A stretch of 64,000 bases of DNA from Acidimicrobiia bacterium (GTDB taxonomy: Bacteria; Actinomycetota; Acidimicrobiia; Spongiisociales; ZC4RG35): assembly GCA_965215185.1 (NCBI GenBank), contig OZ244034.1, positions 2,432,001 to 2,496,000 on the forward strand, in the 5' to 3' direction. The position numbers and the translations under genes are program-made. Positions 9,496-18,290 of this stretch are shown piece after piece. The notes under the pieces are model-generated. The model was not told the origin of the DNA. It did no database searches and was given only the letters and a program-made list of their open reading frames with translations. The stretch's first letter is position 1. Every line of letters starts with the position of its first letter.

Positions 9496-10216
9496 GAAAC
9501 CTCCTCTCCGCCCCGTTACACCGTTACCCAGTTCCACCGTTTTGCTGCTGAGGGACCGTGCCGGGGGGATGGAGGTGCTGATGGTGCGCAGATCCCGATC
9601 AACGGTGTTCGGCGGCGTGTTCGTGTTCCCCGGAGGAGTGGTGGATCCGGTCGACAATGGCCCACTGGCCAAGGAGGCTCTGGTTGGGAACTGGCCGGGG
9701 GACAACAGTTGGCGGGCGGCGGGACTGCGGGAGACCGCCGAAGAGGTGGGGATTTACCTTACCGATCAACCCATTTCCCTACCTGACCGTCCGTTGAGCG
9801 GCGAAGCTGTCTATCGGTGGGTACTAAGCCAAGATGCCCGCTTCGATGCCAGAAGGCTTCGCTATCTCTCCAACTGGGTAACTCCCCGTCCCGCGCCTCA
9901 CCGCTTCGATGCGCGGTTTTACGTGGCAAGAGTGGCGGGAGACGAGACACTTGTTTTGGCTCACGCCGAGTTGACCGAGTCGGTGTGGATTCGACCAGAT
10001 CAGGCCTTGGACCGTGTGAGCACGGGGGAGTGGGACATGATCCTGCCCACCGAAAAAAACCTGGAGCGCCTGTTGGGATTCACCACTTCCGGGGAGGCTT
10101 GGGAGTCGATCGATGACACCGGTGAGGTGATCCCCGTGCTCCCCAAAATGGTGATCCACCAAAATGGATTCGACGCCCTGCTTCCCGGGCAGCCCGGCTA
10201 TGAGGAGGCCGAGTGA
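9476..10216 (+). CDS. NUDIX hydrolase
   Basis: VFPGGVVD, Nudix box GLRETAEEVG, WVTP...RFDARFY. Confidence 0.88.
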   Translation: MTSALPRKPPLRPVTPLPSSTVLLLRDRAGGMEVLMVRRSRSTVFGGVFVFPGGVVDPVDNGPLAKEALVGNWPGDNSWRAAGLRETAEEVGIYLTDQPISLPDRPLSGEAVYRWVLSQDARFDARRLRYLSNWVTPRPAPHRFDARFYVARVAGDETLVLAHAELTESVWIRPDQALDRVSTGEWDMILPTEKNLERLLGFTTSGEAWESIDDTGEVIPVLPKMVIHQNGFDALLPGQPGYEEAE

Positions 10217-10995
10217 GAGTACGGCGGATCCTGGCGCCTAATCCCAGCCTGTTCACCGGACCGGGCACCAACACCTACCTGATAGAGGAGGGGGGCGAGG
10301 CAGTGATTCTCGACCCCGGACCAATCGAGGCTTCCCATCGGCAGGCCATCGTGGCGGCGGCCGAGGGTTTGACTGTCCGAGCGGTGATAGTTACCCATAC
10401 CCATCCCGACCATGCCCCCTTGGCCAATCCCCTGGCGAGTCTGTTTGAAGTCCCGGCCGTCGGGTATGAGCCGGGGCCAGAGTTCCAACCCGACCATTGT
10501 GTGGAGGACGGGGAAATAATAGAGGTGGGCGCCACCGCTTTGGAGGCGATCTATACGCCTGGGCATTCCGACGATCACCTGTGCTTCCGCAACGACGACG
10601 TGCTTTTCACCGGGGATCACATCATGGGAGGCTCCTCGGTACTAATCACGGATGCGGGGCCTTACATGGATTCCTTGCAGAGACTCGCGCAAATGAAGCT
10701 GGCTCGCTTGTACCCCGGACACGGAGAGCAGATAGACCGCCCCGCCCAAGCCATTGCCTGGTACATCGCCCATCGTCAGGCCCGCGAACGAGAGATTGTG
10801 ACGGCTATAGCCTCTGGATGCCGGACAGTCGGCGAGATAGTGGAACACGTCTACCAAAAAGTGGACCCGGCGCTCCATAATTTGGCCGCTTACTCGGTGG
10901 TGGCTCATCTCAAGAAGCTGGCCGCCGAAGGCACGGTTCGATTCGGGGGCGAAGGAGGGTGGAACACGCCGGTGGAGTTGGCAGAGATCTCATGA
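10213..10995 (+). CDS. MBL-fold metallo-hydrolase (LACTB2-like, C-terminal winged helix)
   Basis: APNPSLFTGPGTNTY, THTHPDH, TPGHSDDH, PGHG. Confidence 0.9.
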   Translation: MRVRRILAPNPSLFTGPGTNTYLIEEGGEAVILDPGPIEASHRQAIVAAAEGLTVRAVIVTHTHPDHAPLANPLASLFEVPAVGYEPGPEFQPDHCVEDGEIIEVGATALEAIYTPGHSDDHLCFRNDDVLFTGDHIMGGSSVLITDAGPYMDSLQRLAQMKLARLYPGHGEQIDRPAQAIAWYIAHRQAREREIVTAIASGCRTVGEIVEHVYQKVDPALHNLAAYSVVAHLKKLAAEGTVRFGGEGGWNTPVELAEIS

Positions 10996-12242
10996 TCTCC
11001 GGCGGGCAACGGCCGAAGTTGTTGGTCGGGCTTCTGGGGGTGGCGGTTATCGCCATGCTGCACATCCCCATAGTCGGCGCCCAATCCGACCAAGTGGAGG
11101 ACGCCCGCCAAAGAGTTGCCAAGATTCAAGCCCAACAAGAGGAGCTGGCCTTGTTGATCGAAGAGACCTGGGTGGCTCTGGTAATAGCCGAAGACGGGCT
11201 GGCCGGCGCCGAGGACTCCCTCCGGAAGGCAGAGTCGGAACTGTGGCTGGCCCGATCCTCCCTGGAGGAGTTGGCGGTCCTCCTCTACATGGATGTGGCT
11301 ACCGGCAGGACGGTGAGCCTCCTGATGGCTGACGGGCCGGAAGGATTCGAGGCTGGGGTCGGCTATCTCGAGGCTTTGGGAGACGACGAAGAGGCGGTAT
11401 GGAATCACTACCGAACCGTCACCAATGACCTCGATCGTCAGCAGGCGGGTTACCAATCGCAACTTGAACAACTGGACGGGATCAGAAACGAGCAGGAACG
11501 GCTCTTCTCACAGTTGCTCCTGAAGCTCGATCAGGCCCAAGAGGAACTCTCCTTGCTGGAGTCCTTAACCGTGGCCCTCCCCGAAACAACCACCACCGCA
11601 CCCACAACCACCACCGCACCCACAACCACCACCGCACCCACAACCACCACCGCACCCACAACCACCACCGCACCCACAACCACCACCGCACCCACAACCA
11701 CCACCGCACCCACAACCACCACCGCACCCACAACCACCACCGCACCCACAACCACCACCGCACCCACAACCACCACCGCACCCACAACCACCACCGCACC
11801 CACAACCACCACCACCCGACCTAACGACGGCTACGACTATGAAGGCATCTGCCCGGTGGATCAGCCCAACACCTTTGTGGACACCTGGGGCGCTCCCCGG
11901 TCGGGAGGACGCACCCACCAGGGAGTCGACATCTTGGCTGGTAGAGGAACTCCCGTGAGAGCCATCCATGAGGGCGACCTTTTTCGTGTTGACCGGGGGG
12001 GCTTGGGCGGTCTCTACATCTGGCTACGCTCCCCTTGGGGAGACGAGTACTACTACGCCCATCTCGATGGATTCGGTCCCGGGATCCGCAGCGACGTCCA
12101 GGTATCCCAGGGAGACCTGATCGGCTACGTCGGCACCTCCGGGAATTCTCCCGACTACATTCCCCATCTTCATTTCGAATACCACCCCGGAGGTGGAAGA
12201 GCGATCAATCCCTACGAAGTCGCGGTAGCAGCCTGCCAATAG
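10992..12242 (+). CDS. Secreted M23 family peptidase with coiled coil and Thr/Pro linker
   Basis: Signal peptide, coiled coil, (TTTTAP)12, HQGVD, YYAHL, HLHFE; ATGA overlap with the upstream gene. Confidence 0.9.
   Translation: MISGGQRPKLLVGLLGVAVIAMLHIPIVGAQSDQVEDARQRVAKIQAQQEELALLIEETWVALVIAEDGLAGAEDSLRKAESELWLARSSLEELAVLLYMDVATGRTVSLLMADGPEGFEAGVGYLEALGDDEEAVWNHYRTVTNDLDRQQAGYQSQLEQLDGIRNEQERLFSQLLLKLDQAQEELSLLESLTVALPETTTTAPTTTTAPTTTTAPTTTTAPTTTTAPTTTTAPTTTTAPTTTTAPTTTTAPTTTTAPTTTTAPTTTTAPTTTTTRPNDGYDYEGICPVDQPNTFVDTWGAPRSGGRTHQGVDILAGRGTPVRAIHEGDLFRVDRGGLGGLYIWLRSPWGDEYYYAHLDGFGPGIRSDVQVSQGDLIGYVGTSGNSPDYIPHLHFEYHPGGGRAINPYEVAVAACQ
11586..11813 (+). repeat. Perfect tandem repeat, 12 x 18 bp plus a 12-bp partial copy
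   Basis: Unit ACAACCACCACCGCACCC repeated 11586-11801 with no variation, then ACAACCACCACC. Confidence 0.97.
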
Positions 12243-12460
12243 CACGGCCAACCTATGTTGGAACACAACATTTGTGGTGATATTTCAAACGGCCTTGAGG
12301 GGTGCGGGTATTGTCTTTGATGCAAGAGAAGGGGCTCGTGGGTTTAGGTATTGGGCGGAAGTCACCTCGCCGTGCGGTCCATCTTCTGGGGATGCTCGTC
12401 ACCGTTGCGATGCTGGGCAATGCCCACGCTAAAGACAACCCCTTGCACTTCAATGAGGCT

Positions 12461-12560
12461 CCTGTCCTCTGGGAGGGACAAAGCGTCACCTACAGTGAGT
12501 ACCACCATCACTGTCCAGTACTCCTATTACTACAGCGACGTAGTCTCAATCACTAAGACC
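12461..12560 (+). pseudogene. Frameshifted C-terminal gene fragment, paralog A
   Basis: Removing one C at 12502-12503 gives PVLWEGQSVTYSEYTITVQYSYYYSDVVSITKT, 18/33 aa identical to fragment B. Confidence 0.6.
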
Positions 12561-12743
12561 AATGCCCTCGAAGAGGAACCACCCCCTGCAAGGAGAATAG
12601 ATGTTCTAGAGTTTTTCAAAGCGAGTTAGAGGTAGGACAGATACTCTTCGGCGAAGCAACAAGCGGTAGAAATCAGCGCGCTTCATTTCGTTCCGCAAAA
12701 GGATGGCTGGAGGTCTGGGTGCTCAGTTAGTAGCGGGGTCACC

Positions 12744-12962
12744 TTGGCCGGCGAAGGCGGGCTCGTTTATACCATTGACGCTGCCTTTGGTTCAGGCATG
12801 CCTCCCCTCAAAGTGGTAGGTGATTCTGGCAACGGGGAAGTGGGCTCCTACCCCCGTTTGGTCGATGGCCAAAGCGTCGCCATATGGGGCTACACCATCA
12901 CAGTTAGCTCCACCGCCTACTACACCGACACCGTAACCATCACCAAAGCCGGTGACCCTTAA
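12744..12962 (+). pseudogene. C-terminal gene fragment, paralog B (orphan tail of a larger exported protein)
   Basis: EGGLVYTIDAAFGSGMPPLKVVGDSGNGEVGSYPRLVDGQSVAIWGYTITVSSTAYYTDTVTITKAGDP*; no convincing start or RBS. Confidence 0.6.
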
Positions 12963-13000
12963 ACCGACATGGGAACCCTCGGTCCCCAAAGGTGGAAAGA

Positions 13001-13477
13001 TCAGGTGTCGGAGAAAGCCAGCACCAGAGTCAGGTGGTTGACATCGTTTTCCCGCCGATAGAGCATGTCCTGGACCATGGATCGTACCAAATGAATGCCC
13101 AGACCGCCTATGGCCATATCCATCAACGAAGAGGAGTCATGTTCGGGAGGGGTTGGAGCTTCGGTCGGATCGAATGGCATCCCGTTGTCGATTATCTCGA
13201 ATTCGGCTTCGTGCCGGCGGGAGGCCAACTTCATAACCACCGGATCGGTGGCGCCCGAATGGGTCATGACATTGAGCATCATCTCTTCGAGAACCAGTTG
13301 GGCCTGCAGAACGAACTGCATGGACCATCCCACCCTTTCGCCGAACTCCTCAACAGCCTCGAAAACGGCCGGCAACTCTTCGGCATCAGCCTGGATTTCC
13401 ACAGAAACGGACACCTCACAGCAGGTGTCGGTGCCGCTGTTGTCACCGCCGTGGCATTCCTCGTGCGCAGGGCTCAT
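13001..13477 (-). CDS. RsbW-like anti-sigma factor / Ser-Thr kinase (HATPase_c_2)
   Basis: LVLEEMMLNVMTH, IIDNGMPFDP, GGLGIHLVR, NHLTL. Confidence 0.88.
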   Translation of the reverse strand: MSPAHEECHGGDNSGTDTCCEVSVSVEIQADAEELPAVFEAVEEFGERVGWSMQFVLQAQLVLEEMMLNVMTHSGATDPVVMKLASRRHEAEFEIIDNGMPFDPTEAPTPPEHDSSSLMDMAIGGLGIHLVRSMVQDMLYRRENDVNHLTLVLAFSDT

Positions 13478-13490
13478 TTGTTAATAGATG

Positions 13491-14657
13491 TTAGCCAATC
13501 CTGTGAATTGTCAGGCAGGTGATATCGTCGAACTGGGGAGATTCTCCCATGTATCCCCTGGTAGCGGCAAAAACCTCCCGGACCGTCTCTTCCGCAGTCT
13601 CGGCGTCGGCAGCATCCCGAAGGGCATTGCTCAATCCCTCGACTCCAAAGAGCGAACCCTCCTCGGTTTGGGCTTCTGTGATTCCGTCGGTGTAAAGCAC
13701 CACCCTCTCACCCGGTTCCAAGGTGACCATCCGCTGTTGGTACTCGAAGTCCGGTTGGACCCCCAGAGCTATGCCTTCCGTAAGGGGCAGCAGTTCGGCC
13801 TGTCCGTCGCACCGCACCAGGAGCGGAGCATCATGCCCGCCGCTGGCGTAGGTGAAAGAGCTGGCTTCCGGGTCGTATACCGCATACAGCACTGTGACAA
13901 ACTGGGTGGTGTCGTTATCTTCGCACAGAAGGTTGTTCACCTCTGCAAGCACTTCTCCGGGGTTGAGAAGGCCGATCACTACCCCTTTCATCAACGTGCG
14001 ACAGGTCATCATGAACATGGCTGCGGGGATTCCCTTGCCGGAGACATCCGCCATCACCACACCTATCCGACCCCGGTCTAAAGCGATGACGTCATAGAAG
14101 TCTCCCCCCACATCCTGGGCTGGTTCCATGTTTCCGAACATCTGGAACTGGGAGGTATCAGGGAGGTCGGAGGGAAGAATTGACCTCTGGATGTTGCTCG
14201 CCACCTTCAGTTCGTTTTGAATGGACACCAGCTTGTCGCGGTAGGAAAGCGCCTCCTTCCATTGCCTGGTATGTGCCAAGGTTCGCTCAATGGTGATCTG
14301 CAAATCCCTGAAGTCCACCGGCTTGGTCACAAAGTCGAAAGCGCCCCGGTTCATGGCGGTCCGGATGTTCTTCATGTCCCCGTAGGCGGAGACAACCACC
14401 GCTCGCACGTTGGGGTTGATCCGGGGTATCTGCTCCAGCATCGCCAGTCCGTCCATCTCGGGCATGTTTATATCGGACAGCACTATTTCGATGTCGGGGT
14501 CCTCCTCCAGTCTGCTCAGAGCATCTGCCCCATTGCAGGCGAAGAGAAACTCATACGTGCCCGTTCTGATGTGCCGTCGCATCCTTTGGAGCATTAGGGA
14601 CTCCAGATCCGGTTCGTCGTCCACTACCAGGATCTTGGCGGGGGAATTAAGTTTCAT
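13491..14657 (-). CDS. Receiver domain + PP2C (SpoIIE/RsbU-like) phosphatase
   Basis: ILVVDDE..DINMPEMDG..KP receiver; VGGDFYD, DVSGKG, YTDGITEA, DDITCL. Confidence 0.92.
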   Translation of the reverse strand: MKLNSPAKILVVDDEPDLESLMLQRMRRHIRTGTYEFLFACNGADALSRLEEDPDIEIVLSDINMPEMDGLAMLEQIPRINPNVRAVVVSAYGDMKNIRTAMNRGAFDFVTKPVDFRDLQITIERTLAHTRQWKEALSYRDKLVSIQNELKVASNIQRSILPSDLPDTSQFQMFGNMEPAQDVGGDFYDVIALDRGRIGVVMADVSGKGIPAAMFMMTCRTLMKGVVIGLLNPGEVLAEVNNLLCEDNDTTQFVTVLYAVYDPEASSFTYASGGHDAPLLVRCDGQAELLPLTEGIALGVQPDFEYQQRMVTLEPGERVVLYTDGITEAQTEEGSLFGVEGLSNALRDAADAETAEETVREVFAATRGYMGESPQFDDITCLTIHRIG

Positions 14658-14764
14658 AAGTTAACACCAGGAAGATCGGGGATGGTCCTCTGGGCTTATC
14701 TGCTCACCGCCGGTGTGCAAAAGTATCAATGCCCACTGTCCTTTGAGGTTAACAAAAATGTCCA

Positions 14765-15955
14765 CTAAGGAGTGGCCGAAGCCAACAGTTCCTGATCCAT
14801 TCCTGCCTGGGCAAGGCCTTCCAGCAGCTTGGCCAACCGACCCGTACAGGTCTCGTCTTGGGCGGGAGGAACCAGTTGCACCAGTAACGCGGCGATCTCC
14901 GCAAAGGCCAGGGCGGCACCGGTGGGTGGGACTGTCGAAGCGACCGGGCTGCCGCAGTCTCCCCCTTCCACCACCCTGATGTCGAAGGGAACCCGGCTCA
15001 AGAGCGGCGTTGCGATGCTGTCGGCCAACTCCTGCCCTCCACCCTGCCCGAACAGATGATGCACCTTCCCATGCCCGCAATCGAAGCCAGACATGTTCTC
15101 GATCACTCCCACGATTGGCATATGGGACCGACGGGCCATATCCGCAATACGGGCTGCCACCTTTTGCGAAGCGCTCTGCGGGGTGGTGACCACCACCATC
15201 TCTGCTTGGGGAAGCATCCTGGAAAGCGCCATCTGTATGTCGCCGGTGCCGGGTGGCATATCTATCACCAAGTAGTCCAGATCTCCCCAATCCACCTGTT
15301 TAAGAAACTGCTCCACAGCCTTGGCCAGCATCAGGCCTCTCCACATCAACGCCGTTTCCTCCGAATCGATGATCAACCCGGTAGAGACCACTTTCAACCC
15401 ATGCGCATCCACCGGAATGATCAATCGAGAGTCGTCATCGGCCACCATCCGCCTGGTTATGCCCAACAGGCGGGGAACCGAAAACCCCCAAATGTCCGCG
15501 TCCATCAAGCCCACCCGGAAGCCGAGGTTCTTGATGGCAATGGCCAGGTTGACGCTAACCGACGATTTCCCCACTCCCCCTTTGCCGGAACTGACGGCAA
15601 TCACCCGGGTGGTAGGAGACACTTGGGTGGGTTCGGCCTGCTGGCGCGCCTTTTCCCGAGCTCTTGACATCAATTCGGCGCGTTGGCGTTTGGTCATGGC
15701 GGTGGTGTGGATAACTACCTCATTGACCCCCGGCAAGGAAAGAGCCCTGCGTCGGGTGTCTCCCTCGATCTGATTGCGCAGGGGGCATTCGGCAATGGTC
15801 AGGGCCAACCCGATGGTCACCGTTCCATCCAAGGTGACGTCCACGGAGGCGATCATGCCCAAATCAACTACATTTTCGCCGAGTTCGGGATCAATTACGC
15901 CCCGCAGAGCGGCCCACACGTGATCGGCGGTAGGCATATTGGAGTTGTTAGACAC
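14765..15955 (-). CDS. mrp: Mrp/NBP35 Fe-S cluster carrier ATPase with N-terminal DUF59
   Basis: VIDPELG, CPL, SGKGGVGKS, DMPPGTGD, ENMS. Confidence 0.92.
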   Translation of the reverse strand: MSNNSNMPTADHVWAALRGVIDPELGENVVDLGMIASVDVTLDGTVTIGLALTIAECPLRNQIEGDTRRRALSLPGVNEVVIHTTAMTKRQRAELMSRAREKARQQAEPTQVSPTTRVIAVSSGKGGVGKSSVSVNLAIAIKNLGFRVGLMDADIWGFSVPRLLGITRRMVADDDSRLIIPVDAHGLKVVSTGLIIDSEETALMWRGLMLAKAVEQFLKQVDWGDLDYLVIDMPPGTGDIQMALSRMLPQAEMVVVTTPQSASQKVAARIADMARRSHMPIVGVIENMSGFDCGHGKVHHLFGQGGGQELADSIATPLLSRVPFDIRVVEGGDCGSPVASTVPPTGAALAFAEIAALLVQLVPPAQDETCTGRLAKLLEGLAQAGMDQELLASATP

Positions 15956-16033
15956 GGATCACTCTCCCTGTCCTTACAGGTCATAGATGGTATACACCAT
16001 TCCCAACAATAGACAGTTCACACATTTGTCGCC

Positions 16034-16063
16034 TTTACATTCTGTTCACCAAGTCGTTAGACT
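16034..16063 (+). promoter_or_regulatory. Putative promoter for a leaderless gdh transcript
   Basis: TTTACA (16034-16039), 18 bp spacer, TAGACT (16058-16063), 6 nt before GTG 16070. Confidence 0.5.
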
Positions 16064-16069
16064 GACGCA

Positions 16070-17374
16070 GTGGTGGTTACAACCGCTTCGGACATGATGG
16101 CACTAGATGCAGCGATTCCCCTCATGGAATGGGACTCGGGGATGTACCGGGAGGCTGTTGGCCAATTCGACCAGGTAGCCGCTTACATGGACCTGGATCC
16201 CAATATCTCCCAGCGGCTGCGGCTCCCCCAGCGGTCTCTGATGACCACCTTTCCCTACCGCAGGGATGACGGCTCGGTGGAGACGGTGTTCGGCTACCGC
16301 GTCAAGCATGTCCTGACCATGGGCCCCACCAAGGGCGGCATCCGTTATGCCCCCACCGTCAACTTGGGCGAGGTGGCAGCGCTGGCCATGAACATGACCT
16401 GGAAGTGCTCACTGGTCGGGCTTCCGTTCGGAGGGGCCAAGGGCGGGGTCCGCGTGGCGCCCGAGGAACTCAGCCCCAGCGAACTGCAGCGCTTGACCCG
16501 TCGCTACACCTCCGAGATTTTCACCTTCATCGGTCCGCAGACCGACATCCCAGCTCCGGATCTGGGAACCGACTCCCAGGTGATGGCCTGGATCATGGAC
16601 ACCTACAGCCATCACGTAGGCCACGGGGCACCGGGGGTTGTGACCGGAAAGCCAGTCGAGTTGGGAGGTACTGCGGTGCGCCAGGAATCTACCGGCCTGG
16701 GCTTGGCCTACCTGCTTCCAGAGGCTCTGGAAATGGTGGACCTACCCGTGGAGGGAACCCGGGTAGCAATTCAGGGCTTCGGCCAAGTGGGAAGAAGCGC
16801 AGCGCAGGCGGTGACCAAACTAGGCGCCCGAGTGGTAGCGGTCAGCGATCTGTCGGGGGCCATTCACAATCCGGACGGTCTGGACATCGAGGCACTGCAG
16901 CGGTGGACGGACCAAAACATCTGGGTGAGGGACTATCCCGGGAGCGACGCTATCGACGGGAACCAGCTTTTTGAGATCGAGTGTGAGGTGCTCATCCCTG
17001 CCGCTGTCCAGGAAGTCATCCACGCCCAGAACGCTCACAACATCAAGGCCGCGGTGGTTGTGGAGGGCGCCAACCACCCAACCACCATAGAGGGCGACCG
17101 CATTCTCCAGGAAAGAGGCGTGCTGATAATCCCCGACATTCTTGCCAACGCCGGAGGAGTGACCGTCTCCTACTTCGAGTGGCTGCAGGGCCTGCAATAT
17201 TATTTCTGGACAGACAGCGAGACCCGCCAGCGTTTGCACGAGATTATGACCAGAGCTTTCCAAGAAGTCCGACAGGTGGCCGACGCCGAGAACGTCGACC
17301 TGCGCACCGCCGCCCTCATCAAGGCCGTTACGCGGGTTACCAAAGCCAAGCTGCTGAGAGGCTTGTTCCCCTGA
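16070..17374 (+). CDS. gdhA: Glu/Leu/Phe/Val dehydrogenase (glutamate dehydrogenase-like)
   Basis: GPTKGGIRY, FGGAKGG, DIPAPD, QGFGQVG, EGAN, NAGGVTVSYFEW. Confidence 0.92.
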   Translation: MVVTTASDMMALDAAIPLMEWDSGMYREAVGQFDQVAAYMDLDPNISQRLRLPQRSLMTTFPYRRDDGSVETVFGYRVKHVLTMGPTKGGIRYAPTVNLGEVAALAMNMTWKCSLVGLPFGGAKGGVRVAPEELSPSELQRLTRRYTSEIFTFIGPQTDIPAPDLGTDSQVMAWIMDTYSHHVGHGAPGVVTGKPVELGGTAVRQESTGLGLAYLLPEALEMVDLPVEGTRVAIQGFGQVGRSAAQAVTKLGARVVAVSDLSGAIHNPDGLDIEALQRWTDQNIWVRDYPGSDAIDGNQLFEIECEVLIPAAVQEVIHAQNAHNIKAAVVVEGANHPTTIEGDRILQERGVLIIPDILANAGGVTVSYFEWLQGLQYYFWTDSETRQRLHEIMTRAFQEVRQVADAENVDLRTAALIKAVTRVTKAKLLRGLFP

Positions 17375-17457
17375 TCGGGATCGCCTCCCCTGGTTTTCCC
17401 ATTTATAATCCCAACGCAGGTTTGTAGTATCCATAGAAACAGATTACGGATCATCAC

Positions 17458-17817
17458 ATGCAGTTTCTCACAATCAAAAGCTCAACACCACAAAAACCCA
17501 TCTTGCTCACCGATTCGGCGGTTGCCAAAGTCAAGGCCCTGCTGGCCTCGGAGGGGGAGGACAATCTCGGATTGCGCGTGGCGGTAAGGCCGGGCGGGTG
17601 CTCGGGTTTCTCATATGAAATGTTCTTCGATGCCGACGTGGAGGAAGAGGACATCATCGCCGACTTCGAGGGTGTGCGGGTGCTGGTGGATTCGCAAAGC
17701 GCCAAGCGCATCAGCGGAGCGGTCCTTGACTACCGGGAGGGCTTGATGGATTCTGGGTTTTCCATCGACAATCCCAACGTAACCCGCTCTTGTGGGTGCG
17801 GCAACAGCTTCTCCTAA
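17458..17817 (+). CDS. A-type Fe-S carrier (ErpA/IscA/HesB family)
   Basis: PGGCSGFSY and C-terminal SCGCGNSF. Confidence 0.93.
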   Translation: MQFLTIKSSTPQKPILLTDSAVAKVKALLASEGEDNLGLRVAVRPGGCSGFSYEMFFDADVEEEDIIADFEGVRVLVDSQSAKRISGAVLDYREGLMDSGFSIDNPNVTRSCGCGNSFS

Positions 17818-17825
17818 AGAGAACC

Positions 17826-18206
17826 ATGCCAAAACAGGTTCCTCAGCTCACCGGTGCTCCCCCTCCCCTCGCTCCCTACTCTGTGGTTACCGAAGCGCAG
17901 GGGTTGGTTTTCATCTCGGGCCAGATAGCCCTCGATCCGCAAGGCGGCCCAACCCCCGAATCGGCCACCGACCAAGCCGACCTTATTCTCAGAAACATCG
18001 GGAACATATTGACAGAACTTGGCCTTGGCTACTCTGACATCGTCAAAACCACAGTCTTTTTGACAGATATTCGCGACTTCGCAGCGGTCAATGGTGTCTA
18101 CGGCGGATTCTTCGACGGGCCACCCCCCGCCCGCTCAGCGGTGGGAGTGGCGGCTCTACCTCTACCCGGCCTGAAAATCGAGATCGAAGCGATCGCCGCC
18201 CGCTGA
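17826..18206 (+). CDS. RidA family reactive-intermediate deaminase
   Basis: PYS, FISGQI, KTTVFL..FAAVNGVY, PARSAVGVAALP..IEIEAIA. Confidence 0.93.
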   Translation: MPKQVPQLTGAPPPLAPYSVVTEAQGLVFISGQIALDPQGGPTPESATDQADLILRNIGNILTELGLGYSDIVKTTVFLTDIRDFAAVNGVYGGFFDGPPPARSAVGVAALPLPGLKIEIEAIAAR

Positions 18207-18221
18207 CCTTTCGTTCAAGAG

Positions 18222-18244
18222 GGGACTTATATACCTAGGTTGAC
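18222..18244 (+). repeat. Left terminal inverted repeat
   Basis: GGGACTTATATACCTAGGTTGAC, exact reverse complement of 19605-19627; extends inward to 27/29. Confidence 0.95.
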
Positions 18245-18290
18245 AGGGCGCCGAATATTTTTGTCACAGGGGTGGGATATTCTCAGGATC

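Noticed and set aside
11586-11813. Possible CRISPR array, or odd antisense proteins (WVRWWL, VVVVGA, CGGGCG repeats)
   Set aside because: Units are contiguous with no spacers and lie in frame within the M23 gene; the antisense ORFs are shadows of the repeat.
12461-12950. Possible DGR template/variable repeat pair
   Set aside because: Mismatches are not adenine-specific, many are synonymous, and there is no reverse transcriptase in the window.
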